Positions 39,787-51,096 of a DNA stretch of 64,000 nt are shown here, piece after piece. How positions within the stretch are numbered: position 1 is the stretch's first letter; each line of letters opens with the position of its first letter. Under the pieces are notes generated by a model, which searched no databases, was not told the DNA's origin, and saw only the letters and a program-made list of their open reading frames with translations. The position numbers were made by a program, and so were the translations under genes. The stretch comes from the human T2T-CHM13v2.0 reference genome, Homo sapiens. The stretch lies in the NCBI RefSeq assembly GCF_009914755.1, contig NC_060942.1; one strand, written 5' to 3'.

Positions 39787-42700
39787 CATGCCTGTGGCCT
39801 CTCCAGCCAGCTGTGACCTACCAGGGCAGACAGCAGGACAGTGATGAACCTGTTCATTCATGTGAGGCCTTGGAGGCTTCCCCCCGGCACAGCGGGGTAC
39901 ACCTCAGAATCTTAGCATGGCTGCGCAGGTGGTTTAGGCAGGGGCTCCCTCCCTGCTACCCACAGATGCCCCTGCCCTGTGCGAACGTGACTACTGCTAG
40001 TTTGTATAATGAGCTGCAGCAGAGTGTGCTCAGAAGAAGCAGAGCAGAGCCCCTCAAGCGTGGGCCGTGCCTCTCTCACTCTAACCTCAGAGCCTCTGTT
40101 CACTTCGAAGGGTGACCTCAGGCATCCCTTCCTCCACAGCTCCTTGGACCTTGGATGTTCTTCCATTGTGACTCCACTCAATTTGCGTGTCCCTCTTCCC
40201 CAGGGCCCATGCCCCTCTTGGAGACAGAGGTGGAGTCTTGTTTTCCTGTGTCTGTGCACACAGCATGCTCACAGGGCACCGTGGGCATCCTCTGAGGGTT
40301 TGTTGAGCATCACTCCTCTTCTAGAGTTGGTTGATGCTTCAGTTCTATGATGGTCTTTGAACCTCCTCAAGTACATAAAACTCTTCACAATGTTGCCCAC
40401 TTCTCAACAGTTGTCATTTCCCCCTTAGAGGCCAGAACGCAAACATTGCTTTGCCTTCTCTTGAGCTTGCTCTCTAGAGTTCTTGAGGCTCTGGGTCTTA
40501 TCTGTGCCATAGACACACCACTTCATGAGGGGCCAGGACACAGGCCATATGTGTCTCATCATGCCCAGGTGGTTTTTTCAGGGGCTGCAGAATGGAAACT
40601 CTCATTCCTCATGGCCCTTTGTACCTCTCACATTTCTTGGGCGTCTTTCTGCCCCTGGTCTGCAGCAGCTTGAAGGCATTGCCATTTTCAGTTCAGAAGT
40701 GTGTCCAGGACCCTTAATAGATATCCATTATCCAGGGAATGGAGCATGTCAGTCCACTCCAGTTCCATTCTCTTGTGCGTGTCCCGTGTCAATGAGCAGC
40801 ATGAACACCATGAGCCTAAGTGGCCTGTGTTCAAGTCTTTCCTGGGTTCATGACCTGGAGAAGGCCCGTAGCCTTTTGGTCCCATTTGGTCTTCGACACA
40901 GAGAGTCACAGTCATCCTCCAGTGCCTCCGTCCCCCAGCCCCCAGTGCACACAGTGCACTCCCTTCAGTGCACTGTGCTGGCTGCAGAATGGAAGCCTGA
41001 CAATGGTAGTTGAAGAAGTGGCATTTTACTAATTGTTTCCTGTACATTTTACCCTCTATAATGTAGAAACAATCTTCTAACACTTCCCTGTTGGTCCCTA
41101 GTCCCTGTTCTTTGCATCAGTGTCCTCACCTATTTTATCTGTTTATTCAGAAATTAATAAGTAAATGTCATTTGTATTTGACATTGCCTGGTAGATTCCT
41201 CCTGACATGGCTACCCGTGGAGGGCAATAAGGGAGGGGCCATGTCTGCTTTCCATGACTTCCTGGATATAATAAGATCAGCCCCACTGACTCCTAAAGTT
41301 GTATCATGTTAAATTATTTAGGACTTTTTTGGTTGCAAGCGACAGAAACCCAACTCAAAGTATTTTAAACGTAAAAAGAATTTGTTGGCTCATGAAATCA
41401 AAGAAAGTCTTAATAGTGTGGCAAAGGAGGTAGGAAGAGCAAATATTTTCATCCTCATTTTACACAAGAGAGAGGAGAGGGCAGAATGGGATATTAAAAG
41501 AATGGTCCATGGTGATCCAGGCTTAGCGACAGCTAGGATCCGGGTCACCCAAAGGGTGTGTGCAGTTTATTATTCAGGACTCTTTAGACTGTTACAATAA
41601 GAAACCCTGTTGGAAGGAAAAGGGAGAGAGGGGTGGTTATTCCCTTGGAGCATCCAAGGAAGTCTTGCCCATTCCAGCGACCCAGCCTCTGGAACCGCAG
41701 TGCTGTGCAGATGAAAACCATCTGGATATAGGGTGCATGTCATAGGCTCTCACCCACAAGGCTACCCTGCGCAAAATATTCACGTGCACTTTTAAGGGGG
41801 TCGTGGAATCCACTGAAACCTGTCCGGGGTTCCTGAGTGAAGCCCTTCTTCTAGAAAAATGTCTAGCTCATTGTGTAGCTAGCCTCTGGGATAGTATTGA
41901 GAGCAGAGCTTTTCAGAATGGGTAGAGTTTTAGGTTCACGCCACAGGGCACCAATGTGTGGCAGGTGGAGGCAGGATGTGTGGGGTGCCAGGGCTCAGCG
42001 GCAGCTTCCAGAAATTCCATGTTTACTTTTATTGTCTATGATTTTATATTAGAACTTCAGCTAAGGTATTGTTTTTAAAAGGATCTCTGCTGATTAAAAA
42101 ATAATAAATTAAAAGTTAGAAAACCACAAATTTAAGCATGGGTGAGCCTGCCCACCCCCGACTTTCCTTTCTGAATCAGGTCAACTTCTCTGAATAGCTG
42201 TGCAGCCTAGAGATTCCAGGAATTTTAGAAACATTACCTATTTATTTCTGCTTGGACGTGACCCACACATCCTGCCCACGTGGAGAGAGACCTTGGTAGG
42301 ATAACTTCTTAGAAAAAAAAAAACATGAAAAACCATGACCCCCAGCAGGAGGAAGCCTCTGCTGTTAAGACAAGCTTATTGTCAGAGGAGCTGTGCTTGG
42401 GATTTTTATGGTCCTTTAATCAAGTGCTGTGGTTCCTTTGTATTGTTCACCCCTTGGGATGTCTACCCAGGTTGGGGCTAGAGATGATGGGAGTCTGCAA
42501 GTCCTGAGCTAGCAGGGTCTGGACTTGGCCTGAGGATCTGCCCTACCTCCATGGGGCTCATGCTCTCTGGGTATGCCCAGGGAGTGACAGAAACCTGATG
42601 TAATCAATATAGAAGCTTGTGAAGAAGAGGGGGACTGTAGCTTCCAAGAGGCCAGGGCAGAGTGGATATCCAGGCACTGTGGGGGCAGACAGGTGATCAG

Positions 42701-43859
42701 CTGGGAGGGAGCAGGGTTGGAGCTGCAAGGTGTGCCTGGTGAGGAGCCCGGTGTGGCCACCTCCTGCCTGGGACCTCCCACCCCTTCCCTGGCCTGGGCT
42801 AGGATCCCCACCACTGCACGGCTGCACCACTTCCTTGCAAAGACAAGCATTTAGTGTAGTTGTTTTTAACAAAGCAGGAGGAAGACTTTCTTGTGTCTGT
42901 ATAATGCTTTCTTCCTTTTCAAAAAGCTGCTGTATGGGAGAGAGAGAGATAATAGACCTAGAGATAGTTAGGCTTGGATGATTTCTATCAGACCTAGGTT
43001 CGTGGTCAGGGGTCAGAGGTCAAAGATCATGAGACTGTCAGGAAGATTTTCCTTGAAGGTTAAGTGGGCATTGGATTCTATGAAAGTGCAGGCCATGGAA
43101 TTGAGCTCTGCGGGGCACTTCAAAACCTCATTGGGGCAGGGGCAGCAGCCCGGGGACTCCCCCTCCACCACCACCACCACCACTCCAGCCTGTGGAGTGA
43201 AGGGCAGGGTGGGCTTGGTGGCCAGGAATACCCCTTTCTGGAGAGGAGAAGGGAGGCGAGCAGGTGAGCCTGCCAAAAGGGCTGTGGCCAGGGTCATCTC
43301 TGGGGTTACAGCAAGGATATGCCAGGCAGACACAGGAGGCTGTCTGAACCAGTGCCTGCCAGACGCCAGCTCTCCCACTTCTGGGCCTGGGGGGAAGCGT
43401 AGTGGTCACTGGGAGGGACTGCCTGTCTCTGAGTACAGAAATGAGGGAGGGACTTGCTCTTGTCCACTCCCTCTTGCTTCTAGAGGCCTGGGGAGCATGG
43501 CGGAGCACCACGGGGTCTATGGTAGGGTGGGAGAGAGCTCTCTGATGCTCCTGGGGGGTTGGCCTCCCATCTCTGCCCTGGTACCGTAGGCCATGTCACA
43601 TCACCATTGGGACCATGTGCCTCAGAGATGGAAGACACAGGCTTCCTGCTAACTGGTTGGGCCTCTGTGGGCAACTTCTTTGACCTCACTAAGCCTTCTC
43701 TTCCTCTTCCATAAAAATGGGCTGGATATACAGTGGAATTACCTGGTGAGCATTCAACATATACAAATTCAAATCTCAAATTCAAATTCAAAATTTGGCA
43801 AAGGAAATATACTCAGAAAAATATCCCTCCCAGCCTGGGTGATTTTGCCCACCACTCCA

Positions 43860-44255
43860 CCTGGGTTAGTTTCCCGGGGCCGCCATAACAAAGGACCGCA
43901 AACTGGGTGACTTAGAACGGAAACTTCTTGGCTCACTGTTCTGAAAGCAGAATTCCCACATCAAGGTGTCGGCAGGGCCACACCCGCCCTAAGATGCTAG
44001 GGAAGGACCATCGCTCCCTTCCAGCTTCTAGTAGCCCCTCAGCTTCTTGCAGTGTCCCCCCAGTCCTCACGCGGCCTTGTTTTTACAAGGACATCAGTCA
44101 TATCGGACCGGGGCCCCACACATGCACATTCCAATGTGTCCTCATCCTAACTTAATTACACCTGCAGTAGCCCTCTTTCCCAATCAGGCCATTCAGAGGA
44201 ACCAGGGGTTAAGACTTCAGCGTAAGAATTTGGAGATCACACTTCAACCCATGAC
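43860..44255. mobile_element. MLT1-family LTR
   Basis: TTAGTTTCCCGGGGCCGCCATAACAAAGGACCGCAAACTGGGTGACTTA...GGGTTAAGACTTCAGC. Confidence 0.75.
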
Positions 44256-44587
44256 ATCATCCAGAGGACCCTTGGTTGGGGAAGGAGGAAGCATGGGAGA
44301 GAGGCACAGGCCCCTCAGGGTGGGCACATCTCGGCCCCATGTGAGGACTGGGTAGAGACAACAACTTTTACACCAGAGGCCCCTAAGTGCATGCTGACCA
44401 CCTCGGCTGGCAGGCAGTGGTGGAGACAAGAGCCTTTTCCAGCCTCTGAAGGAATTGGTCTATGCTGGACAACTGGTAACTCCACTGTGGTCTCCAGGGA
44501 AGCAGGTTCATCCTTCAGGGAGGGTGGGGTAATGGGTGTCCACGGGCACAGCCTGACCCATTGCTGACGGCAACAGCAGTGCATCAT

Positions 44588-44965
44588 CTCACAGTCTAGA
44601 GGTGTTGGCCGGGCTGCGCTCCTTCTTCCAAGGCTCTAGGGGAGGAGCCTTCTGCACTTCTTCCCAGCTTCCCGTGGCTGCCAGCAATCCTTGGCACTCC
44701 TGGGCTTGTGTCTGCCTCACTCCAAACACTGCCTCCGTCTTCACATGGCCTTCATCCCTCTGTGTCTCCTCCATCTTTCTGTGTTCAAGTTTACTTCTCC
44801 TATAAGGACACCCATCGTTGGATTTAGGGCCCAACTAAATCCCACAGGACTTACTTCATCATAACTTGATTATATCTTCAAAGATTCTATTTTCAAATAA
44901 AGTCACATTCACAGGTGCACGGGGTTAGGACTCCAACCAGTCTTTCTGGGGAACACAATTCTACC
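44588..44965. mobile_element. MLT1-family LTR (MLT1C-like), partial
   Basis: GGCTCTAGGGGAGGAGCCTTC...GGATTTAGGGCCCA...CAAATAAAGTCACATTCACAGG. Confidence 0.75.
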
Positions 44966-46911
44966 TCCTGCGGAGGGTGAGGAGGACTTTACAGATGGGA
45001 TCACACCAGGACTTTACAGATGGGGTCACACTGTGGTCAGCATCACCAGCAACGGTCCTCGGAATGCCAGGGCTTCACCTCTGCCCAGGGGCCCAGCCCA
45101 ACTCCCGGCACTCAGCCCATGATGCTGCTGCCATCGGCCTGCCGGGTTGAGGTTGTGGCATGCCCTCTTCTCCTCTCTTGTGCCTTGTCAAATGCCTTAG
45201 AGCTCCACTCAACTATCACCCACCTGGCAGAACCTTCCCTGACTCTTCTCCCAAGAAGTCCTCGGTCCTTCCTATGGGCCGCCAGAGGCGCCCGTTCAAC
45301 TTCAACTATCGCACATGGCACATATCAGCTTCTTTGTTTGTGTTCCCTTGAGTTCCCCTAGGCCTGGGACAGAGTCTTATTCTCCTGATATTCTCCATCA
45401 GGTGCACTGTTGCATGGCGGGCCCCCTACATTTGTCGAGTGAGAGAGAGACAAGGGTGGATGGATGGGGGCATGGGTAGGTAGATGGACGTCAAGTGTTA
45501 CCTGAACAGAGAGGTCTTCCCTGACCCCTCCACCCGTCCCTCTCTCATCCCCTTGCCCTGTTGTGTTTTGCTCCATAGCAAAACATAGTCCTTTATCATA
45601 TGATATACTTTGTTGCCTCTCTCCTTTCATTAGAATATGTGCTCTGTAAGAACAAGCATATTGCCTTTCTATTTCAGTATTGTATCCACAGTGCCTGAAA
45701 CAACAATATTTATGAGATTGCAGGTGCATGGAGGGATGGGTGGATGGAGGCATAGACGGGTGGGTGGCTGGGAGCCTGTTGCCTAGGGGAGGTGTGTCAC
45801 TCCTATCACAGTGTCAGCTGGTCACAGAGCCACCCGGCACAATGCTTTCTGCTCACTGTTTGTTTTGCCCTCCCTCCCCATCCCCTCACCCCCAGATTCA
45901 AGAATTATTATTTTTTTATGGCTGTCATCACAGGGCAAGGCCTCGCACTCTCTGCCTAGGATTATTAACTATCTGGGGCTCATGTTCTGGGGCCAGAGCT
46001 CTGCTGGGCCTGCCCTTAATCCCTCAGAAATACCCACCACACTGGGTTGTGAGATACCAGCCTCAGCCTGCCCTGGAGTGGGCTGATTTTACATAACATG
46101 TTTTTGCAACCAGAGCAATAACATGCCGCCCCTCAGTGTCATGTCTTCTGCAAGCACTGACCTCAGGACAGGAGTGTATGTGCACGTGTGTGTTCCACGT
46201 GTACTCTGCCGGCGCTGCATGTGGAAGGAGTATTAGCTTCCCTCCATCCCTGGAGAGGCTTGGTTTATATAATCTACTTGTCTCTCAGGCCCATTTAGTT
46301 ACCGGAAGTGGTCAGATGTTAGACAGACAGGGAACTGCAGCCAGGTCTCAGAGCTCAGGGGAGAATGGTTCTCATGCAGAGAGGTTGGGGAAAAGCAGGC
46401 AGGGCCTGGTGGGTAGTCCCAGTGTGCTACAGAGGCACATCTGACTCAGGTAGACCAGACAGCCAAAAAGCCAGCTGGGAAACCCAAGGGCTGGTTCTCT
46501 CATGTGGGGAGTGCAGGAGGTGGAGGGGATACTTATACCTGGACTGATGTCTACATGGGGCCCTTTCAAAGCACATAGTAGAAGGATTTGCTGAGCAAAG
46601 AATTAAAGCAAAGTCCACTGTATGTGCTTTTAAAGGATACATTTCCCATTTACCATTCAAGGGATCTATCCTTTTTAAAAAGCAAGGAGAGGTCTTTGGT
46701 CTAAAGCCAGAATACTATCTCCCCTGGCCAGGCCACCAGAAGCAACAACTTATACTTTTTCCAGATTTCAGGAACGTATTGGTCCTTCCTGTCATTGGGT
46801 GCCACTTGTCTTGGACATGCCACCTTTTCCAGCCGCATCTTAACAGATAATGTTTTAGGGCAGCTGTTTCCTTGAGATTAACTGGTGGGGGGCACTTTTC
46901 ATTTTGATTGA

Positions 46912-47050
46912 TCTTCTCTTCTTCTCCTCCTCCTTCTTTTCCTTGTCCTCCTCTTCTTCTTCTTCTTCCTCTTTCCCTTCTCCTCCTCTTCCTTCTCCTT
47001 TCTTCCTCCTCCTCCTTCTCCTCTTCCTCATTCTCCTTTTTTTCTTCCTC
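46912..47050. repeat. Near-pure polypyrimidine (CT/CCT/CTT) tract
   Basis: Direct read; source of the Glu/Arg/Lys-rich minus-strand ORFs. Confidence 0.9.
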
Positions 47051-47104
47051 TGAACACATGCCATTCCCTCTACCTGGAATACACCACCCCCAGATACTTT
47101 TTAC

Positions 47105-47580
47105 CTTTTTAATTGAGATATAATTTACATACCATGATATTCACCCTCTCATAGTATACAGCTTAGTGGTTTTTAGGGTATTCACAAGGTTGTGCAACGA
47201 TCACTACTGTCTAATTCTGGAACGTTGTTATCACCACAGAAGGAACGCAGCATCCCTTAGCAGTCATTCTTCATTCTTCCCCTTCCCAGCCCCTGGCAAC
47301 CACGGATCCACTTTCCATCTCTGCAGATATGCCTATTATGGACGTTTCTTAAAAACTGAAATCATGCACTCCGTGGTCCTTTGTAACTAGCTTCTTTCCC
47401 TGAACATGATGTTTTCAAAGTTCATTCATGTTGTAGTGTGGCTCAGAACTTCCTTCCTCTTTATGGCCATATAATACTCCACTGTATATATGTACCATAA
47501 TTTATTTATCCAGTCATCAGTGGACGGGCACTAGGTTGTTGCCATGTTTTGGCTCTTATGAACAATGCTGCCCAGACCAC
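47105..47580 (-). mobile_element. L1MB-like 3' end fragment
   Basis: TTTAATTGAGATATAATTTACATACCAT...CCCTGGCAACCAC; similar to 625-1290. Confidence 0.8.
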
Positions 47581-48377
47581 TCACATATTACCTTACCTCT
47601 CACCAATGACTTTAAAGAAGCTCTGCCAACCTGCATGAGCTGCACATCTGGTGACAGGTTTGTGACTCAGTACAGACTTTCTCCTTTCTTCTGCTGGCCT
47701 CACACTTGCCCCCTGTTAACACCCAAGTGTTCTTGTTTTGGGAGGAGTGTAGGCAGCACCCTGAGTTGTATGTGTCTCTTGGTACCAGCTACCATCTTGA
47801 GTTTGAAGAACAAGATGGCTGATTTTGAGGGGTTCTCAATGGAGCTTGTGTCAACACAGTGCCCCCCATTGCATGCAGGAGGAGGTTCCCGGTGCTGGAA
47901 GTTCTATGTAAAAGGCCCCAGGGAAGGCAGTAAGGTCCATTCACTTATCCACCTAGATGCCACATTGAGGCTGAGGCCCCAGGTGGCCTTATACATAGGA
48001 CCAGCCCTCTATAGCCCTGGCCTGGATTGTTCCTGGAGAGGGAGGACCTCAGAGGGTGCAAGGCTTTGTTCTGTCACCTCTGTCACTTTGTTCCACTCAT
48101 TTTTCGCCTCACTATAGTCTTCCAGCCCCAGGCCAAAAACAGCATAAAATAGAGCTTCTCCATCCTCCCCCAGCACACCACCCTGGACCACCAGGCACTG
48201 TGCAGATTCTGTCTTCCTTCCATGGCCTGAGCTTCCCATGCCCTCCCTCCCTGCAAATCACTTCCTGCTGGACTCTTTTCCAAGGCTGGGGGCTCCATGA
48301 GGACAGGTGCCTGTGCTGCCTTGTTTGTCCTGGCACACTCAGCCCTGAGCAGAGTGTCAGGATCACAGGAAAGATAA

Positions 48378-48655
48378 CGATGATGATGATGATGATGGCA
48401 TCGATGACAGTGATGATGACAATGAGGCTTACTATGTACCAAGCATTATCCTATGTTCTTTACATGTTTCGGAACTCATTTAATCCTCACAAGGATTCTA
48501 GCAGCCAGATGCTATTATCTCCATTTTACAGATATGGAAACTGAGGCACATAGAGGTTAGGTCATCTGCTCAAAGTCACACAGCCATCAAGAGGAAGAGC
48601 CAGGATCTGACATTCACAGTCTAACTCTAGAGCACAGGCCTCTAACCACTGTCAT
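48378..48655 (+). mobile_element. MIR preceded by a (TGA)n repeat
   Basis: CTCATTTAATCCTCAC...CCATTTTACAGATATGGAAACTGAGGCACATAGAGGTTAGG; strand refers to the direction this core reads. Confidence 0.8.
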
Positions 48656-50174
48656 GGTTTATACACATACACTACATAGATGTGAGTTGTTCTGGGATGG
48701 ATGGATGGGTGGACACAGGGGACCTAACAGTGGCTTCATGAGAAGCCCCGAGTGGCCCGGTATGCCCCATTGAGCCACACTGAGTCTTGGGACAGGGTTA
48801 GCTCCCCATGGCTGCTGCCTGTGTGCAGGTAAGGAGGCCAGGAGGTAGGTTAGAGCCCAGGGCTGGAGGCCCACACCGAGGAGGCTGGCACCCCCTGGGC
48901 TCGTGTTACACTAGGGGCTATGGCCAGTTCCCTCTGCCCGGCCTCAGAGCCGAGATCCTAGTCCCTGCCGCCGCCGGTAGGGAGCCTCGGCTTCCTGTCC
49001 ATTGTCTCCTTGGGGCACACCCGGTGTGTTCCTGAAGTGACCTGGAGAGGCAGGGAGGGAGGGAAAGAGGGAAGGGGGCCAGCCCAGAGCCTAGTCAGGG
49101 TGGGAGAGGGGAAACGAGAGGGGAAGACTTGGTGTTTTTCCTTATTTGTGTTTTGTATTAAAGAAAACAAATAATATCCTTTGAGAAAACCATTAAACAA
49201 AGCACATCCTAAGGCCCCAGAGGCCTATTGTGGCTGCCTGGAGCCCGGAATTCATTCATGCTTTCTTGGCTAGATTGTTGGAGGCAAGAGAGACGGGGGT
49301 GAGAGGAAAGGATTGTTATTAAAATGTATTTTGAAATGTGTTGCTCCCTCCCTGCACTCAATCCAGTCCAGGCCAAGTGGCCATAACTCCAAGGTCCCTG
49401 TGTCCTCCTGAGTCTGTTGTTCTCCCATTACCTCTCTGGGAAGCTCCCCAAAACTGGCCAGTCCCAGCATAGCCAGGGTGGTCAGTTTCCCCCATGAGCT
49501 TGGGGGCTGAGCCCCGTGAAGGCAAAACAGTGGGACCCTCCTTTATGGAACCTGAATCCCGAGGGCTGCATGTGCCCCACCACAGGGTGTAACCCACAGG
49601 ACTATGATCTCTAACTCACTGTGTGGCCACTCTGGGCCTTGGGCTCCCTGCCTGTAAGGTGGGGAGTGGGCCAGAATAGACCCCCTCTGACTGCTCTCCA
49701 GCAGCCTGGACCCTGTGGCTCCCTGTCATCCAGCGCATGCTCAGGTCGCTGCAGGTGGGTGGGAGTCACACTCAGGCTATGGCCTCTGCATCCAGGCCTA
49801 TACCCAGGTGTCCCAGGTCCAAGCCAGACCACTCCCTCCCACTTGACTCCAAGCCTTGGTACCCCCTACTCCACCCCAGGCCGCTCATAATGGAATGGTA
49901 GTGCATGGTGGTGCTCTCTGCCATGTCCACACCAGAACACACTTTTCTGTTGGAGGAGGGATGGGAAGAGGTGGTAAGAGCAGAGCTGGCCATCAGCCCA
50001 GCTTGTGCAAATAGCTCTGCCTGTGATCCTGCATTTGCAGGATCTGCCCTGGGTTGCAAATAGAGGGTCTCTCTCCAACCTTGATGTAGATGTAGAAATA
50101 GTTGCTGTCATGATGACAATACGCAAAAGACTATCCTTAGAATTTTCCCCAGTTCCTCCTTTAAAGTTGAAAAA

Positions 50175-50400
50175 GGAGCCTGGGCAACAAAGTGAGACCC
50201 CATCTCTGCAAAAAATCAAAAAACAAGCCAGGCGTGGTGATGTGTGCCTATGATACTGGCTACACGGGAGGCTGAGGAAGGAGGATTGCTTGAGCTCAGG
50301 AGGTCAAGGCTGCAGTGAGCCGTGTTTGTACCACAGCTCTTCAGCCTGGATGACAAAACAAGACCCTGTCTCAAATAATAATAATAATGATGATAGTAAT
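50175..50400 (+). mobile_element. 5'-truncated AluJ with (AAT)n tail
   Basis: GCCTGGGCAACAAAGTGAGACCCC...GGAGGATTGCTTGAGCTCAGGAGGTCAAGGCTGCAGTGAG (J-type diagnostics). Confidence 0.88.
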
Positions 50401-51019
50401 GCTGAAAAAGTAATTTAGCTAATTCCATGTTTTCCTAAATACTCCCTAGGCAATATAGGGAAAGAAGATCTTGGGTAAAAATTTCACTGGGGGTGCCTGG
50501 ACTAGGTTTAGGAGACAAATTTCCTCTTCACAGGGCTTAGGGTTTTCAGGCTTCACCTCCTTGGTCCTCTAGCAGCCCAGAGAAGAAGGGTAACATTCCC
50601 ATTGTGTTATGGAACTTGTGCTTAGAGAAGTAACTTGTCCTGGGATGCACAGCCAGTGAGCTGCAGAACCTGGCCCCAGCTCTGTTGCTCATTTTCTGCA
50701 AAACCTTGAACCAGCTTGTTCATCTTTCCAGATTTGAATGTCTCATCTGTAATTCAAGGACTTGGACATAATGGATTCTAAGGTCCTCATTGTCCCTACT
50801 GTTCTTTGATTCTGTAATTCCAGCATCACTGCCTGGTAGGAAGTTCATTGACTCTACTGTTTTTCCTTTTTCAGTCTGGATTTGGTGGTTAGAGTCTAGT
50901 CTCTCCAAACTCTTGATGTCTTTCTGTCTTAGATGCTGGTGTACTTAGTGCAGTCCCAGAGGTGCTTTGCTCTCTTTCAGGAGTTACTAATGATCCCCCT
51001 TCCTCCCCCCATGACACAG

Positions 51020-51096
51020 GGCTACCACCCGATGCCCCATGAAGTGGAGATCGCACACACCAAGAAGCTGTTCCGCAGGAGGAGAAATGATCGAAG
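51020..51096 (+). CDS. CTIF: CTIF internal coding exon, 77 nt (phase 0 in, phase 2 out), encodes GYHPMPHEVEIAHTKKLFRRRRNDR(R)
   Basis: Branch-point-like TACTAAT at 50985-50991, C-rich tract, ACAG acceptor ending 51019, AAG|GTAGGA donor at 51097. The peptide continues the recalled CTIF sequence directly after ...LPAWQ. Confidence 0.95.

Noticed and set aside
46715-47123. Glu/Arg-rich and Ser/Leu-rich ORFs
   Set aside because: Translations of the polypyrimidine tract.
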